Shown here: in pieces, positions 51,432-64,000 of the stretch
Numbering within the stretch: the first letter of the stretch is position 1
Layout: each line of letters starts with the position of its first letter
From: Azolla caroliniana
Lineage: Eukaryota > Plantae > Polypodiophyta
Direction: 5' to 3'
Length of the DNA: 64,000 nucleotides
Assembly: GCA_043228905.1 (NCBI GenBank)
Contig: JBHGNT010000021.1
Location: 1,612,001 to 1,676,000 of the forward strand
Program-made: the position numbers and the translations under genes
The notes under the pieces: generated by a model
Databases searched by the model: none
Seen by the model: the letters and a program-made list of their open reading frames with translations, nothing else
What the model was told of the DNA's origin: nothing

Positions 51432-54400
51432 ATGCATGCACATGAATCAGTAGGTGGCATTCCCCAACAGAATATGTCTCAACGCCATCGGACATGGCAA
51501 ACAGAGGCAGATGTTGGCATAAGGCGAATGATTGTCGAGAAAATGTGAGTTTGGGTTTTAGCTTTCAGTCTGTTACTTCTTTTTTTCCACAATGATTGCA
51601 TAAATGCATTAACAAAGAGTGACATAGGACTTTGTGGTCCTAATTCATGTGGGTTCTTTTTGCATCCAGCTTGCTTCTCTTTCAGAAGAGGAAGCCTCGC
51701 GTTTCTCCAGAATGGCAGCAAAGGCTCCCCGATTTTGTGAAGCGTCTAGAAGAGTCTCTTTACCGGGATGCACTTTCAAAGGTGATACGAGAACATTTTA
51801 TCAAAGCTAATCCATGGATTGTCAAGAAAACTGAATATTGAAATTGTGTTCTTAGGAGGAGTATGCAGATTTTTCCACGTTGGAACAACGTTTACAAGCA
51901 GTTGCAAAGCGGATTGGTCCAATTAGAAATAATCCCAACTTTGCAGCCCAGGGTGTGAATGCACCTTCATCTTCCTCTTCTTCTATGATGCCTACCCCAG
52001 GGACGACATCTTCTGTTTCTGGTGGGAGCACGATGATACCAACTCCAGGGCATGAAGTTGCTAAGATCCCAAACCCAGGGATAGGTGCAATGAATGTGAA
52101 TGGAGTAAGCGGTATGACCACATCAACCCCTAATCGTAATGTAGGGAACATGGTTCCAACCCCTGGCCTTGGGCCTGAAGTTCTTCATTCACAATCACAA
52201 TCACTAAATTCCGGGTCGAGTGTGCAAATGTACCAAGATATGGATAGGCAGTCTCTTGCTGGTGGGGGTCATGTAAATAGTGGCCATGACCCTGGACAGC
52301 AGCTTGTGAACAATGGCCAGCTACAGATGCCAAAGTCCAACAGCAATGTAGGGTATTCGTCTATATACATGAAATCTGGAAACGCTTTGCAGCAGCCGCC
52401 CATGCGACGTGAGTCATTCTTCAACCAACTGTTTCTAGTTTTTGGGTTAGCAGCTGGGTTAATGAGATGAGCTTTTGTTGTTTTCAGGTGATGGCTTTTC
52501 CACCGAACTCATAGGACCATGTGCTCTCTACAATGGAAATGGTGCGGTGTCTTCCAGCACTCTGGGTGTGCCCTTATCAGGGTCACAGCCATCCAGAATG
52601 ATACCAGTTCCTGGTTTGCATCCACAACATTCTCAGTCTCAGGCAGAAGTAAAAACCCCAGGTTCAACAAAGAATCAGGTTCTAAATACAAAAGCTCTTC
52701 ATGCACAGGTTTCCTTAGAACCCAAGGATGGGAAGTCGATAGGTTTGGGTTTGCAAGACAATGGAATGCAAGCACCGGGGAAGTTGGGTTCTGCTTCAGC
52801 CTCATTGCGACGACCTTCTCCTGATGATGGACAGCCTCGTCATCCATTGCAGCAATCTCAGAAAACAACTCTTCAGCAACAGAAGAACCTGTCAAATGAG
52901 CAGGCCACTCAGAGTTCGGCTAGTTCTCCTCAACTCAGGCACCAAGCAAAACAAAGTGAGGATGAGCAACAACCTCGGAAACTCTCAGATCAGCGAGGTG
53001 GTAATCAACCAGAGCAACTGATGAAAACTGTTTCAAAGCTTGATGATACTGAGATGCCACAGGGATCAATTCAAGTAGCTGAACAAAACCCTACTTCTAT
53101 CAGCAGACCGTCCACGTCAAATGCAGATGATCAAGGGGCTCAACAGTATCTCAAGCAGCAGAGGTGGCTGCTGTTTTTGAGGCATGCTAACAAATGTTCT
53201 GCTCCAGAAGGGCAATGTCAATCAACACCTCATTGTCACACTGCCAAGCAGCTATGGGCACACATTATAAAGTGCACTGTCAAAGATTGCCAATATCCTA
53301 GATGTAAAGCATCACTAATCCTCATAAGGCATCATCAGTCTTGTAAAGATACGCGATGCCCTGTATGTGTTTCTGTCCGACAGGAAATTGCGATGAAGCA
53401 GTCTGGCCAAAACCGATCTCTGCTGACAATTAACTCTGGATCAAGTGTTGGATCAGTGCATGAGCACATTCAAACCAACAAGAACGAGACATCTTCTATT
53501 GAACATATGGAGCCTCCTGCCAAGAGAATCAAGATTGAAGCCAGTGACCAAAGCCTGTCAAATAGTACTTTGGTAGTACCACCACAGTCAGCAGTGACAC
53601 CTGAAAAAAATGTTGGCAAATTAATTTCTGTTTCGGTTGAAGAAACCAATTTGAGTGTAAGGAAGTGTGATTCCAGTAGCATGTGTACAGATGATGCAGG
53701 AACTGAACAAATTTGCAAGTTGGATTCTTCAGACATTCTACCAAGCAAAGCTTCAATGCAAATTAAGCAAGAAATGAAGGAGAAAGCCATTGCCAGTTCA
53801 TCGTCAGCTGGAGATCATGCAAATAATGTTAAGGGTAACAAATCAAAGAATAGGGGTGTTTCATTGATTGAACTTTTCACTCCTGAGCAGATTAAAGAGC
53901 ATATTAGAGGTCTACGACAGTGGGTGAGTCAGGTATATTTGTAGTTCTAAGAGTAGAATTGCCACTATCAGTTAACATAACTTCAAAATTTTCGTGTTCT
54001 TTTTTTTATTCTTATTGATGCTTCTCTGTTCAGTCATGCAACATACTTGACCCAAATTTGAACTAAAAATTGCAACTTAGGCATTAATGTCTTAGATAAT
54101 TGTTGACATTGTAATAGGTCCATATATTGGCAGGCTTTCTGGATATCATCATGTTCTTCATTTGTTGGCTATCATAAGAATTGTCAATTCCTTTGAACAA
54201 AAACGTCAATTTATTTTTGCTGTTTTTGCCATTCCTGTTGATGCTTCTCTGTTCATTCATGGAACATACTTGGCCCAGTTTGAACCCAAAAATGCAACTT
54301 AGGTATTAATGTTTTAGATAATTGTCATATTGTAATAGGTCCATGTATTGGCAATGCTTGTTGGTATCATTATATGCCTTCGTTTGCTTATATATCCACA

Positions 54401-57400
54401 TGCTTTTGTTGGATGGTTAGGACTTGTATGTTCTCTACATCTGGACTTGTTTTTTGCCTATGCTAGCTGCCATAAAACAGTGTGAGGAAGCATAACTTGT
54501 TTGAAACTTTTCTTTTCTGTATCTGGACCTATTTATCAAGGTGGCACAAGTTTGAGCATAGCATGGTGAAACATGGATTTTCCTTGAATTCTTTCTTCTG
54601 ACAAATGTACAGTACCTTCCAATCTCCATCCTGTCTCCAACATAGTGCAGTCTTCCTTTGCTCCAACAGTACCACTATTTCTCTTTTTCTATGAGTTTAT
54701 TTCCTCAATGCATCTATAATGTCTGTTATCCTCGTCCATCCTACATAGTTCAGCCTCCTCCCTCTCTCTTGCCTCTCTTTCCTTGCATTTAACATGAATC
54801 TGATTTTGCTTGTCCCTAACCAAATGCTGAAATCCATCTTACCACCATGACTGAAGATTCCTATAGGTTAGTCCACAATGAAGTTTAAAATTTCCAGAAT
54901 GAAGTTCACAATTTGAATGTTATCTATGTTGAATATACTTTCTACAATTGGACTTAATGTTTGTCTTCTTTTGGGACACTTTGGTTCAATGTTTCCCAAC
55001 TGTACTCTACATTATTTGTCACAAACCTTCGTATTGCCTGATAACTAGGACAAGTTCTTGACAGTTGGGGTGAAGGTTCGACTGAATTTTACATGCATGT
55101 TACTAAAGGACATAAAATTTCTTCACTTCTTTTGTATTCTTGTTGTAAAATTCATCGTGTTAGTGGAGGTATATATATGTGTTTGTTCGTGCATACCTTT
55201 GTGAGGTTTCATATTGTGTGTGTGTGTGTATTCTTTAGATTGTCTTTCAGTTTATAACCTCGTATTAGCCTCACATCTTCTTCTCGTATCTTGTCTTTTC
55301 AATTCTGTATCTTATTTGGGTGTACAATTATATAATATGCGTCCACTGGCTCATCTAGGGATGAGAAGAACAAAGGCAGACTTTTCTTGCTTCTTGTGCA
55401 TTTGTTTTGTCTTTTCTCTGATTGGTTTCTTGGAGATGTTGTTTGGAAGGACACCCCCTTTACAGTGGTTCATTTCACATGGCTTCTTTCTTTCTTTCTT
55501 TCTCTCGGCATAGACTGATATACGATATATGTGGTTTTTGTATAAACTGCTTTTGTACAGCCACCAGAATTAGGCCATTTGGTAATTGTGGTAGTTATTT
55601 TGTCCAGTTGATATAAATCCCTATTTTACTAAAAAGAAGATGAATATTGTTAACTTTACAATTTTCTAGATTTAAATCCACTGTTTTCTTTGTCTATTTG
55701 TAGAGCAAGATGAAACCAGAGAAAAACGAAGCAATTGAGCATAGGATAAATGAGAACTCTTGCCAGCTGTGTGCAGTGGAGACACTTACATTTGATCCAC
55801 CACCAATATATTGTACACCCTGTGGAGCACGTATCAAGAGGAATGCCTTTTACTGGACAATGCAATGCGGTGAAACTCGGCATTACTTTTGTGTACCATG
55901 CTATAATGATGCTCGCAGTGATAACCTGGAGGTGGAGGGGCAGACTTACCCAAAAACTAAGCTAGAAAAACGACGAAATGATGAGGAAATCGATGAGCCG
56001 GTATAAATTGCATTTAATGCACAAGCAGTGGTTATTCAGTTTGAGACAAACAATGCTATATTTTAATGCTCTTTTATTTTCTCTTGTAGTGGGTACAATG
56101 TGACAAATGTGAGAAGTGGCAACATCAAATTTGTGCGCTCTTCAATATGCGCAGAAATGAGGGCGGTGAAGCAGAATATACATGTCCACAGTGCTTGTTA
56201 GAGGAGATGCACAAGGGAGAAAGGAAACCTTTACCCCAGAGTTCTGTTCTTGGGGCTAAAGACCTTCCGAAGACCTTATTAAGTGATCATATTGAACAAC
56301 GATTGGCAAACAGTCTTAAGAACGAGCGACAAGAGCGAGCTCAAGCTCAAGGAAAGAGCTATGATGAAGTAGGCTCAGTGATTAAAAAGCTATACTTCTA
56401 GCTTGTTCTTGTTATACATATTGTTTTAACCCTTTCACACTAACTTATTAGGTTCCAGGAGCAGAGTCACTGGTGGTCAGAGTGGTCTCATCTGTTGAAA
56501 AGAAATTAGAAGTAAAACCACGATTTCTAGAAACTTTTCAGGATGAAGGCTACCCCAAAGAATTTCCTTACAAATCAAAGGTGAGTGATATCCCAAATGA
56601 TTAGGATTTAATCAGTTGCATGGCATATATTGCAAAACAAGTTCTGGCAATACACATGCAAAAACATTGCCTCGGCACGCAGTCAGCAATAAGGCACCTT
56701 ATCTTACTATTTTCCGTCAAAAATCTTAAGCACTTTGTGGTTCTCCATTTAGAAGATGAATGTAGGAGAAAACTCAACAACCCACTCAAGTAGTTTCACT
56801 TTCATATTGAAATCTTGATGTTGTAATTATAAAGTACAAGGGTTTTTCATTATTGTTTAGAGAAGTATTCAGTTTCTCATAGAGCAGATGGAAAATACTT
56901 CAGTAGATGCAATCTAATGTTGAAGGAATCTCTAATGGAATTCTAGAATTTGAAAATGTTGATGTTGGAGTTTCTCATATTCCAGTTCACTACACCAGTT
57001 TTATTGTGTATCCTGGTCTGGAGGCTGTGTATATCTTCTGAACGGGTGAGATTTTCTATTTTATGTTTCTCGTCAGAAATTATAAATCATTCTTTTGGTA
57101 TTTCAGGTGTTTCTGTTGTTCCAGAAAATTGAAGGTGTAGAAGTGTGCCTCTTTGGAATGTATGTACAAGAGTTTGGTGCCGAATCTGCACAACCAAATC
57201 AACGCCGTGTTTATCTGTCGTATTTAGATTCTGTGAAGTATTTCAGACCTGATGTGCGAACAGTTAATGGAGAAGCTCTTCGAACCTTTGTCTATCATGA
57301 AATTTTGGTATGCGATGAAGTGCTGCTTTATGCTTCACCATGAAAATATCTCCGATACTAAAAGAATCACTCTGTGTTTGTGAACAGATAGCATACTTGG

Positions 57401-60400
57401 ACTATTGTAAGGCAAGGGGTTTTACCAGCTGCTATATTTGGGCTTGTCCACCCCTGAAGGGAGAAGATTATATTCTATACTGTCATCCTGAAATACAGAA
57501 AACCCCAAAATCTGACAAATTGCGTGAATGGTAAGAGCAGTTCAAGAATATGGTGGATTACAGATTAACATATTTATTTATCTTTTGCTGTGGTCTAGAA
57601 AGGAAATCTTATGTCCTGCATTTTCACAGCTATTTAATTATTCGATATTCATGCATTTATCATTTATTTGATACTTTCACTTAGTGATTGGTTTTCAATC
57701 TCTGATTCTTGAATCCTAAGTTCTTCTTATCCGGTCTTATGCTGTTGATTTTCTACGTGAAGAAGAATTAAATATCGAGATATACTGATAATTGGTAAAA
57801 AGTTTAAAGTTTGAAGCCTCAGGATCTTTATATAACTCGCCATAAAATTTATGTAGGCTATCTATATAGATGTTCCCCCTTCAATAGTATTTTCCAGCTG
57901 TCCAATAGCTACATTTCACTGTTTGCATGTCTCCATTAGTTTATTTCCATCTTAGTAAGTATATTAGACAGCTGTTTCAATGTTGCGGCTTTGAGGATTC
58001 GAAGTCTACCCCAGTCAAAACAAGTCTCCTCTTAGTAAAGATGTCCACATCTATTTGATGGCACCCTATCTCAGCGTGTTGAATGTTTGATTTGTGTCTC
58101 TACTTTCTTTGATTAGTTTGAATAGCATTTTATTAATGAGGCCCACACCTGGTGTTTGGCATGAATACTATACATAGAGATGACGGACATTTATCCAGCT
58201 AATTCAATGGGCTTGCACTGATGTGATAATCCTTTCTGTCAAAAGTATTGATTCTGTTATATATTTCAAGGACTTGCATCCTTGTTGAATTTCTAAGTCA
58301 ATTGTACTTCTTGATCATGTCACAATGATGCCATACGTCTGTACATATTCATGTTCTTTTTTTATTTGATGACCTTTGTGTGATGATGTACATTGAATTG
58401 CTTTCCTTGTTTATTTTTTATATTTGTGTTCTTCCTTACTTATTTTGTTGTTTTGACAACTGTTGTGTTTGTCTTTCAGGTATCTCACTATGCTCTCTAA
58501 AGCAACCAGTGAAGGAATTGTTGTGAAAGTCACCAATATGTATGATTATTTCTTCATTTGCAAGGGTGAGACAAAAGCAAAGGTTACAGCAGCGCATCTA
58601 CCCTACTTCGATGGGGACTACTGGCCAGGTGCAGCAGAGGACATGATAATGCAACTGCAAGAGGAGGAAAATGGACGCAGGCAACAGAAGAAGGGAAAGC
58701 CCAAAACTGCAGCAAAGAGATCTACCAAAGCAGCAACTCAAACCGAATTAGCTAGCAATGTGTCTAAAGATTTGCAGCTCATGCAAAAGGTACTATCTTG
58801 AAGTATAACTAGCATTTCTGAGTATAACTAGTAGTTCCAAATCTAGGTTTTGTGAGCATAAGTGCACACCTCACTTGTACTGGTTTTGCAGCTAGGGGAG
58901 TCGATATATCCCATGAAAGAGGATTTTATTATGGTTCACATGCAACATGCCTGCAGTCACTGTTGCAGTTTCATTCTTTCTGGTCATTGCTGGAGCTGCA
59001 AACAGTGCAAGGATTTCAATATCTGTGATGGGTATACTTTATTTAATAACTTTATGGCCTTGTGAAGGTGAATGAAAAATGTGTTACTCATGCATGAGCC
59101 ACTGCTGCAGTTTAATGGAATTACTGTTCATAATTCTGTCTATCAATGGTTTATTGTTCTATTCGTTAAGGTCATGATTGTTGTCTAAAAGACCTGACAC
59201 CGAAAAAGTAAGATCAACTTTTGTGAGCATCAGGAAATATAAGAGTTCTTTGTCCTGTAGGCGGCTTTCTGTAGATTAATAAAATTCTTCATATTTGCAG
59301 AATTTTGTGTTGTGTGTGCAAGTCTTTCCGAAATGTTTAGTAAATTTGGAGAAACTCATTGCCCCCCTTCAGAACCGGGGAAAAATGTTCTGAACATTAT
59401 GTAACCAACTAATGTGGAAACTGGCAAAAGAGGTCGAGGAAGGTAGGTGGCTGAAATAAGCTTCAGCTAGAATATATTAACTGATAAAAGATAACCAGTA
59501 GCCTTCCATTGTCGGTGGAAGCCTCAGCAGTAGGCGCGTGGGACAAGCTACTGTGGGAAAAAATATGACAATATCTAATATAATGCCCAGGGGCTGTACT
59601 TCTAACAGGGGTGATTGATGCGTAGTAAATATAGATTTTTAGGCTTTGGTTAATGGACATGATGAACCCATGTTATGCATATAAAGGGCCTAGATTAAAC
59701 TCCTTTAAGATACATAATATGCTGTCAGATCAATTATTCAAATACAACAAAGATCCATGTATTATAGGATATTAATGGACCATTCGTAAAAACTGTAAGC
59801 ATTAAGAGAGATGACAGTCGGTAGTAATTGTGGGGGATCTTTAATATTTATTGCAAATTGAATGTAATTGTTTGGATTGAAGGATTCTAACTGCCCTCAT
59901 ATATGGGTTCGTTGAAGTCCAAACAATGGTTGACATATTTGAAGCGTCTATTCTTTACAAATATAGCATACCAAGTGCATAGATAGTGCTATCTGTATAG
60001 ATCTGTCAGTTAATCCACATATTGTATAGTTAGATTTGGGCAACAATTTACACCTTAACTACATTTTGGAGTTAATCTAGGTCTAGTTTCTATCAGCTGG
60101 GGATGCAATTATCTTTCACAGCACACACCAAAAATCTGATGCCAGTATTACTCCTGGAAGTAGTAATGTGGGTTTGTAATTTTGAGCATGGATACCCCAA
60201 TAAATCCTTACGATTATCGCTGCGTTTACTGGAACAAGGATTTCTAGGTTCAACTGGATAATTGCCGATATATTCATTCCACCGTACGTAATTCCATTCT
60301 CTCGTGCTGCTGCGTTGATCCGAGCAATCCACAAACGACACATTTCTCTTTTTCTATTACTTCTATCCGCATAGGCAGAAGCCAGTGCTTTTTGCTCTTG

Positions 60401-62091
60401 TTGATTCGCCGTCCTAAACAGTCTCGAGTGAGCCCCCCGGAATCCTGCAGCAAATTCGAGAATATTCTTACGATACCTCCGAGCTACGGATCCGCGTTTT
60501 ACTCTGGTCGTTAGATGCCTAGCCTCACAAAAAATCAGAATTTAGTCTTTGCAAAATCCATTTAGTTTTATTTTAACAATACCTGCCCGTAGGATCCTCC
60601 CTCATTTATCCTTACGTTTCTCAGATATTCAAAAGATTCCATAAAATAACATCGTGATGTTAAACAAGGAATTTTTAGCTCTGCTCTTAGAGACATAAAC
60701 TATACTGGTTTCTTTTTTGTTTTTCAAAAATAAGGAATTGGGAAGGGTATAAAAGATAATATTTTTAATTATGGTATTTTGTACTAAACTATGTTTTCTT
60801 TGAAATCATACTTTTGTTTCTATCCCATTGAAAAAGGATTCCGCAATCATTTACCTCATCACCTAGCCCGGGATTTAGTGAAATTCTCCCTACACCGCCT
60901 TCTCACAGAGGAGGTCGCAGTGACCATACAAAAAAATTACCCATAAAAAAAGAACTATTTTATGGCTAGGGCTTTTAATTGTCTTAAACGGGCTGAGATA
61001 CATACAATAAATGATTTACTTAATCCCCGTATTTTGCCACATACGTGAGTTCGGTCCTCCAAGGCCTCTGTGGAGAGCTCGATTCAACCTGCTCGTGGCT
61101 AGATCAATCGGTTTCGGGTCAAATAGAAACAGCGCCGAAGATTCAACCTCGTTGCGCCTACACCTAATGGCTTAAGCCGCTGTTCCCATTCACTCGCTGA
61201 CCCATTATGCAAAAAGTACGCCGTTAGGGTGGAAAGTGGTAAAGCGAGAGCCGACAACGCGAAGCTTCGCTCAAGGGTTCGCGTATGCGAACATTAGTGG
61301 CTTTGCCTCCGAAAGCTACAGCGCTTTCTCTTCTCCTGTCATCAACGTTAGGATGTAAATGAAGAGCAAAATGTGCTGGATTTCTAGCACTAACAGCGTT
61401 ATCAGTATTGACTTTTTATTATGGCATTTCTGAGTTAATATATATTGGGAGCTCCAGCATCCATTGATAAAACAGAGTGCTTGCTTTGCAAATTAGTTGA
61501 GAATCTATTAATCTTATTTTCAGGTGCTATTCTCTGGAACAGAAGCGAGACGAATGGGATATGCATCCCTCAAACAGTAAGGATGTGCACCAGCTTTTTC
61601 CTGTAAGTACTTGTGCATATAATTATACGTTGAAAACTTGACCATGTCTTTCAAATGGATATAAATTGTTTCTGGATTGACAAGGGTTTCGGGAATTTCA
61701 GATAGAAACCGAGTCTTTTCCTGATACAAAAGACAAAGATGAAATTATGGAGAGTGAATTCTTTGATACTCGACAAGCCTTTTTGAGTCTTTGTCAAGGA
61801 AATCATTATCAATATGATACACTACGACGTGCTAAAAATTCCTCTATGATGGTTCTCTACCATCTGCATAACCCGACAGCACCTGCATATGTAACAACTT
61901 GCAATGTATGCCACCATGATATTGATACAGGCCAAGGATGGCGATGTGAAACATGTCCTGACTTCGATATTTGCAACTCTTGCCACTCAAATGAAGATAC
62001 GGTTAAACATCCACACAAGCTTGTTGCTCATCCTTCTGCAGCAGAACGAGATGCTCAAAGCAAGGAGGCTAGACAACAACGAGTTCTACAG
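51432..62091 (+). CDS. HAC1: CBP/p300-type histone acetyltransferase (HAC1/HAC12-like); 3' exons (TAZ2) lie beyond the window
   Basis: Exons 51432-51544, 51670-51781, 51856-52408, 52488-53932, ~55704-56000, ~56090-56368, ~56451-56580, ~57108-57307, ~57388-57530, ~58480-58789, ~58892-59031, ~61524-61602, ~61702-62091. Domains: KIX-like ([11 protein letters not shown]), TAZ ([12 protein letters not shown]), PHD (WVQCDKC..WQHQIC), HAT ([40 protein letters not shown]), two ZZ fingers. Confidence 0.96.
54010..54370. repeat. Imperfect ~130-bp direct duplication in a HAC intron
   Basis: ttgatgcttctctgttca..catg..acatacttg.ccca..tttgaac..aaaa..tgcaacttagg.attaatgt.ttagataattgt..attgtaataggtccat.tattggca occurs twice. 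Confidence 0.85.
60275..60511 (-). pseudogene. rpl20: Plastid rpl20 fragment (NUPT), 3'-truncated, ACG start
   Basis: ACG-ACC-AGA-GTA-AAA-CGC... translates (T)[37 protein letters not shown]...[27 protein letters not shown]; lies inside the HAC intron ~59032-61523. Confidence 0.95.
60512..60964. other. Probable plastid rpl20-5'rps12 spacer, possibly with part of the trans-spliced rps12 intron (NUPT continuation)
   Basis: AT-rich DNA contiguous with the rpl20 5' end; the segment ccgggatttagtgaaattctccctacaccg resembles remembered plastid spacer sequence; consistent with conserved clpP-rps12-rpl20 order. Confidence 0.55.
60965..61024 (+). pseudogene. rpoA: 60-bp plastid rpoA fragment (alpha-CTD)
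   Basis: gctagggcttttaattgtcttaaacgggctgagatacatacaataaatgatttacttaat = [20 protein letters not shown], matching the alpha-CTD motif R..NCLKR..IHT..DLL. Confidence 0.85.
61023..61336 (-). rRNA. rrn26: Mitochondrial LSU (rrn26) rRNA fragment (NUMT, non-functional)
   Basis: The + strand atccccgtattttgccacatacgtgagttcggtcctccaaggcc...ggctagatcaatcggtttcgggtcaaatag...gcgcctacacctaatggcttaagccgc...ctcgctgacccattatgcaaaaagtacgccgtta matches the remembered antisense of plant mitochondrial 26S rRNA rather than plastid 23S. Confidence 0.88.
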
Positions 62092-63259
62092 GTAAGCTTA
62101 ACCTTTCTCATTGCCTCTTTGGAACTTGGTCGGTTTGTGAGGACTCTTTTAGCTTTCCCACGTTCAGCACGTTACACCCTTCACATACCATGAATGACTC
62201 TAGGCTCAATGAAGCAACATGTTTCCATCAATGGATCATTCCTATTTGATTATATGCTGCAACTTGGAAGAGCCTAGACTATAATTGTGTCTTATGATAC
62301 ATTCTAAGGAATGGGCAATAATTGTGGCTACATGTGAGAGATGTTGCCCTCTGATGCTACATTGGTTAACAGCTCTCCCATGGTATTATATCTGAATGAA
62401 ACAGTGAAGATTATAGTTACTAACTCAAAAAGTTTCTGAATGTTCAAGAAATGAGATGCAAATACGGATATTACCATCAAGAAATATATGAATATTTCTA
62501 AATATTTCTAGGATGCCCCCAGTTTTTTTAAATGGCCAAAATACCCCTCCGTTTTTGGCTTAATCTCTTCTAATATTAAGCAGAAAACAAATATATAGTC
62601 ACTAATCATTATTCTCTCATAATAATTAAGCATAGGGAATAAGTAATTAATTATTAATTACTGCTAATTTGAAGGTGCTACATGGTCGTTTCAATAAATA
62701 TTAAACAAAACAAGGCCAGTTTGGATGGTAGTATGTATCCTGTTGAGGTAGAGTACTGGTGGTGTTAAAATTCCCTGTATGTATGACCCACTCCCACACC
62801 AATGAGTTTGGGTGACACTGGTGGGAGCAAGAATATAATTGTCTGTGGTAGTGCTGTACCAATGTGAAAAGCAAGTAAAAACATTATTTAATGGACATCT
62901 GTCTAGAACATTTAAAAACACCAGTCCATATACTTATCCAATCTCTAAAATATATATGTGCTGTACTCAATGCAGCCACTGATCTCCAACTGAAGTCTGA
63001 TTCTGCTGAATCAAGTGTCTTGGCTTTGAAATCACCGAACAACATGATATTTTCATCTCTCCGAACACCTAAATATTCTCATCTAAAATCCATTGTGATG
63101 GTCGCCCCTTGCTGTCCTAGCTCTGAAGTCTTGAAGGGAGCTGATGTATGCATATTTAGAGAACTCTCAAGTATCCTAATCTATAATAAGATATGGGTTT
63201 TGTTCTTGAAAGAGGTACAATGGGAAGTGATAGGAGGTAGATAAACACATAGAAAAGTA

Positions 63260-64000
63260 GCCATCTACCTCTCACCTACATGTATCAATCATTCTCATCT
63301 GTATGAACAATGGGGCTGAGAGGTCACTCCCTAAAGCAATATTGCAAGTCCAATAGACTATCTATGCATTAAGTTTTGTAATTCCCCATGCACATCCAAT
63401 CGTAATGACCTGTCACAATTCACAAACTTCATGTAGTCCTGTAGATCTTTAACCATCAAATGGTGTCTCCCTAATATCATCATCTTCTTGCGCTGTAGAA
63501 AACCACTCCAAACACTTGCGTCCAGATGCTTAGCTATGACCATGAGCTCACATACCTCTTTTGTTTCCTTCCCCACATCTCTTGGTAAGAAGATAGCCCA
63601 CTTTAAGACACACCTTTTACACACATTGAAGGATGGATTTGTCATCAGGCCCTCTTATATGGATATACATCTATCCTATGCGCTGTGCAGTGTGATAGGG
63701 CAGCTGTAAACTTCTTCCTATCAGTTAGAGATTGAGGTATGCAGATATGCATGAATCCTCAAGAAGAAAGAATTTGCCAATTGTGTCATCAGAGAGTGGA
63801 ATTTGAAGAACACGATGTTTGTCATTGTACAGTTTCATGAAATAAGAGGGAGATATCCTTGTCTCTTTAAGCAAGGCTTTGGCCCTCTGCGCAAGGTAAT
63901 AGAATATGAGGACCAGCAGTGTTTGGGGCTTTTTTTGCTAGAACTAAAGGGATATAGAGAGGAGTTGTTGAAGGACAACAACATAGCCACACAAGCTTAT
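63260..64000 (+). mobile_element. Non-LTR retrotransposon ORF2 3' fragment (same family as the THUMP-intron copies) in a HAC intron
   Basis: SLGKKIAHFKTHLL...PSYMDIHL...SSYQLEIE.CRY...PQEERICQLCHQRVEFEEHDVCHC...EIRGRYPCLFKQGFGPL...QCLGLFLLELK; stops and frameshifts. Confidence 0.88.

Noticed and set aside
60116-60511. Functional nuclear-transferred rpl20 gene
   Set aside because: ACG start, no transit peptide, 3' third replaced by unrelated sequence, and located antisense inside an intron

Overview
Eukaryotic nuclear DNA from a land plant, most likely a fern (inferred from fern-type plastid rpl20/rpoA fragments with an unedited ACG start). I could assemble eight protein-coding genes by hand from GT-AG splice sites: an AT3G51100-like unknown protein (-), a UBC8/Ubc4-class E2 (-), a divergent ~921-aa GB1/RHD3 (GBP-like) GTPase with N- and C-terminal hydrophobic segments (+), an intronless GC-rich HVA1-Tudor/DUF2945 gene that looks bacterial or fungal (-), a SurE nucleotidase ending in SSL (+), a THUMP-domain protein (-), plastid-division MinE (+), and a CBP/p300-type HAC acetyltransferase that runs off the 3' end (+). 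Introns and spacers hold degraded LINE, Copia and CACTA remnants, a family of AACCG-rich MITE-like elements next to three promoters, and microsatellites. The most notable items are: (1) the candidate horizontally acquired HVA1-Tudor gene under an ABRE/RY promoter; (2) a plastid plus mitochondrial DNA mosaic (rpl20, spacer, rpoA, rrn26) inside a HAC intron; (3) the atypical membrane-anchored GBP; (4) an apparent 1-bp frameshift in the first exon of MinE. All homology calls are by eye, from remembered motifs; no searches were run.
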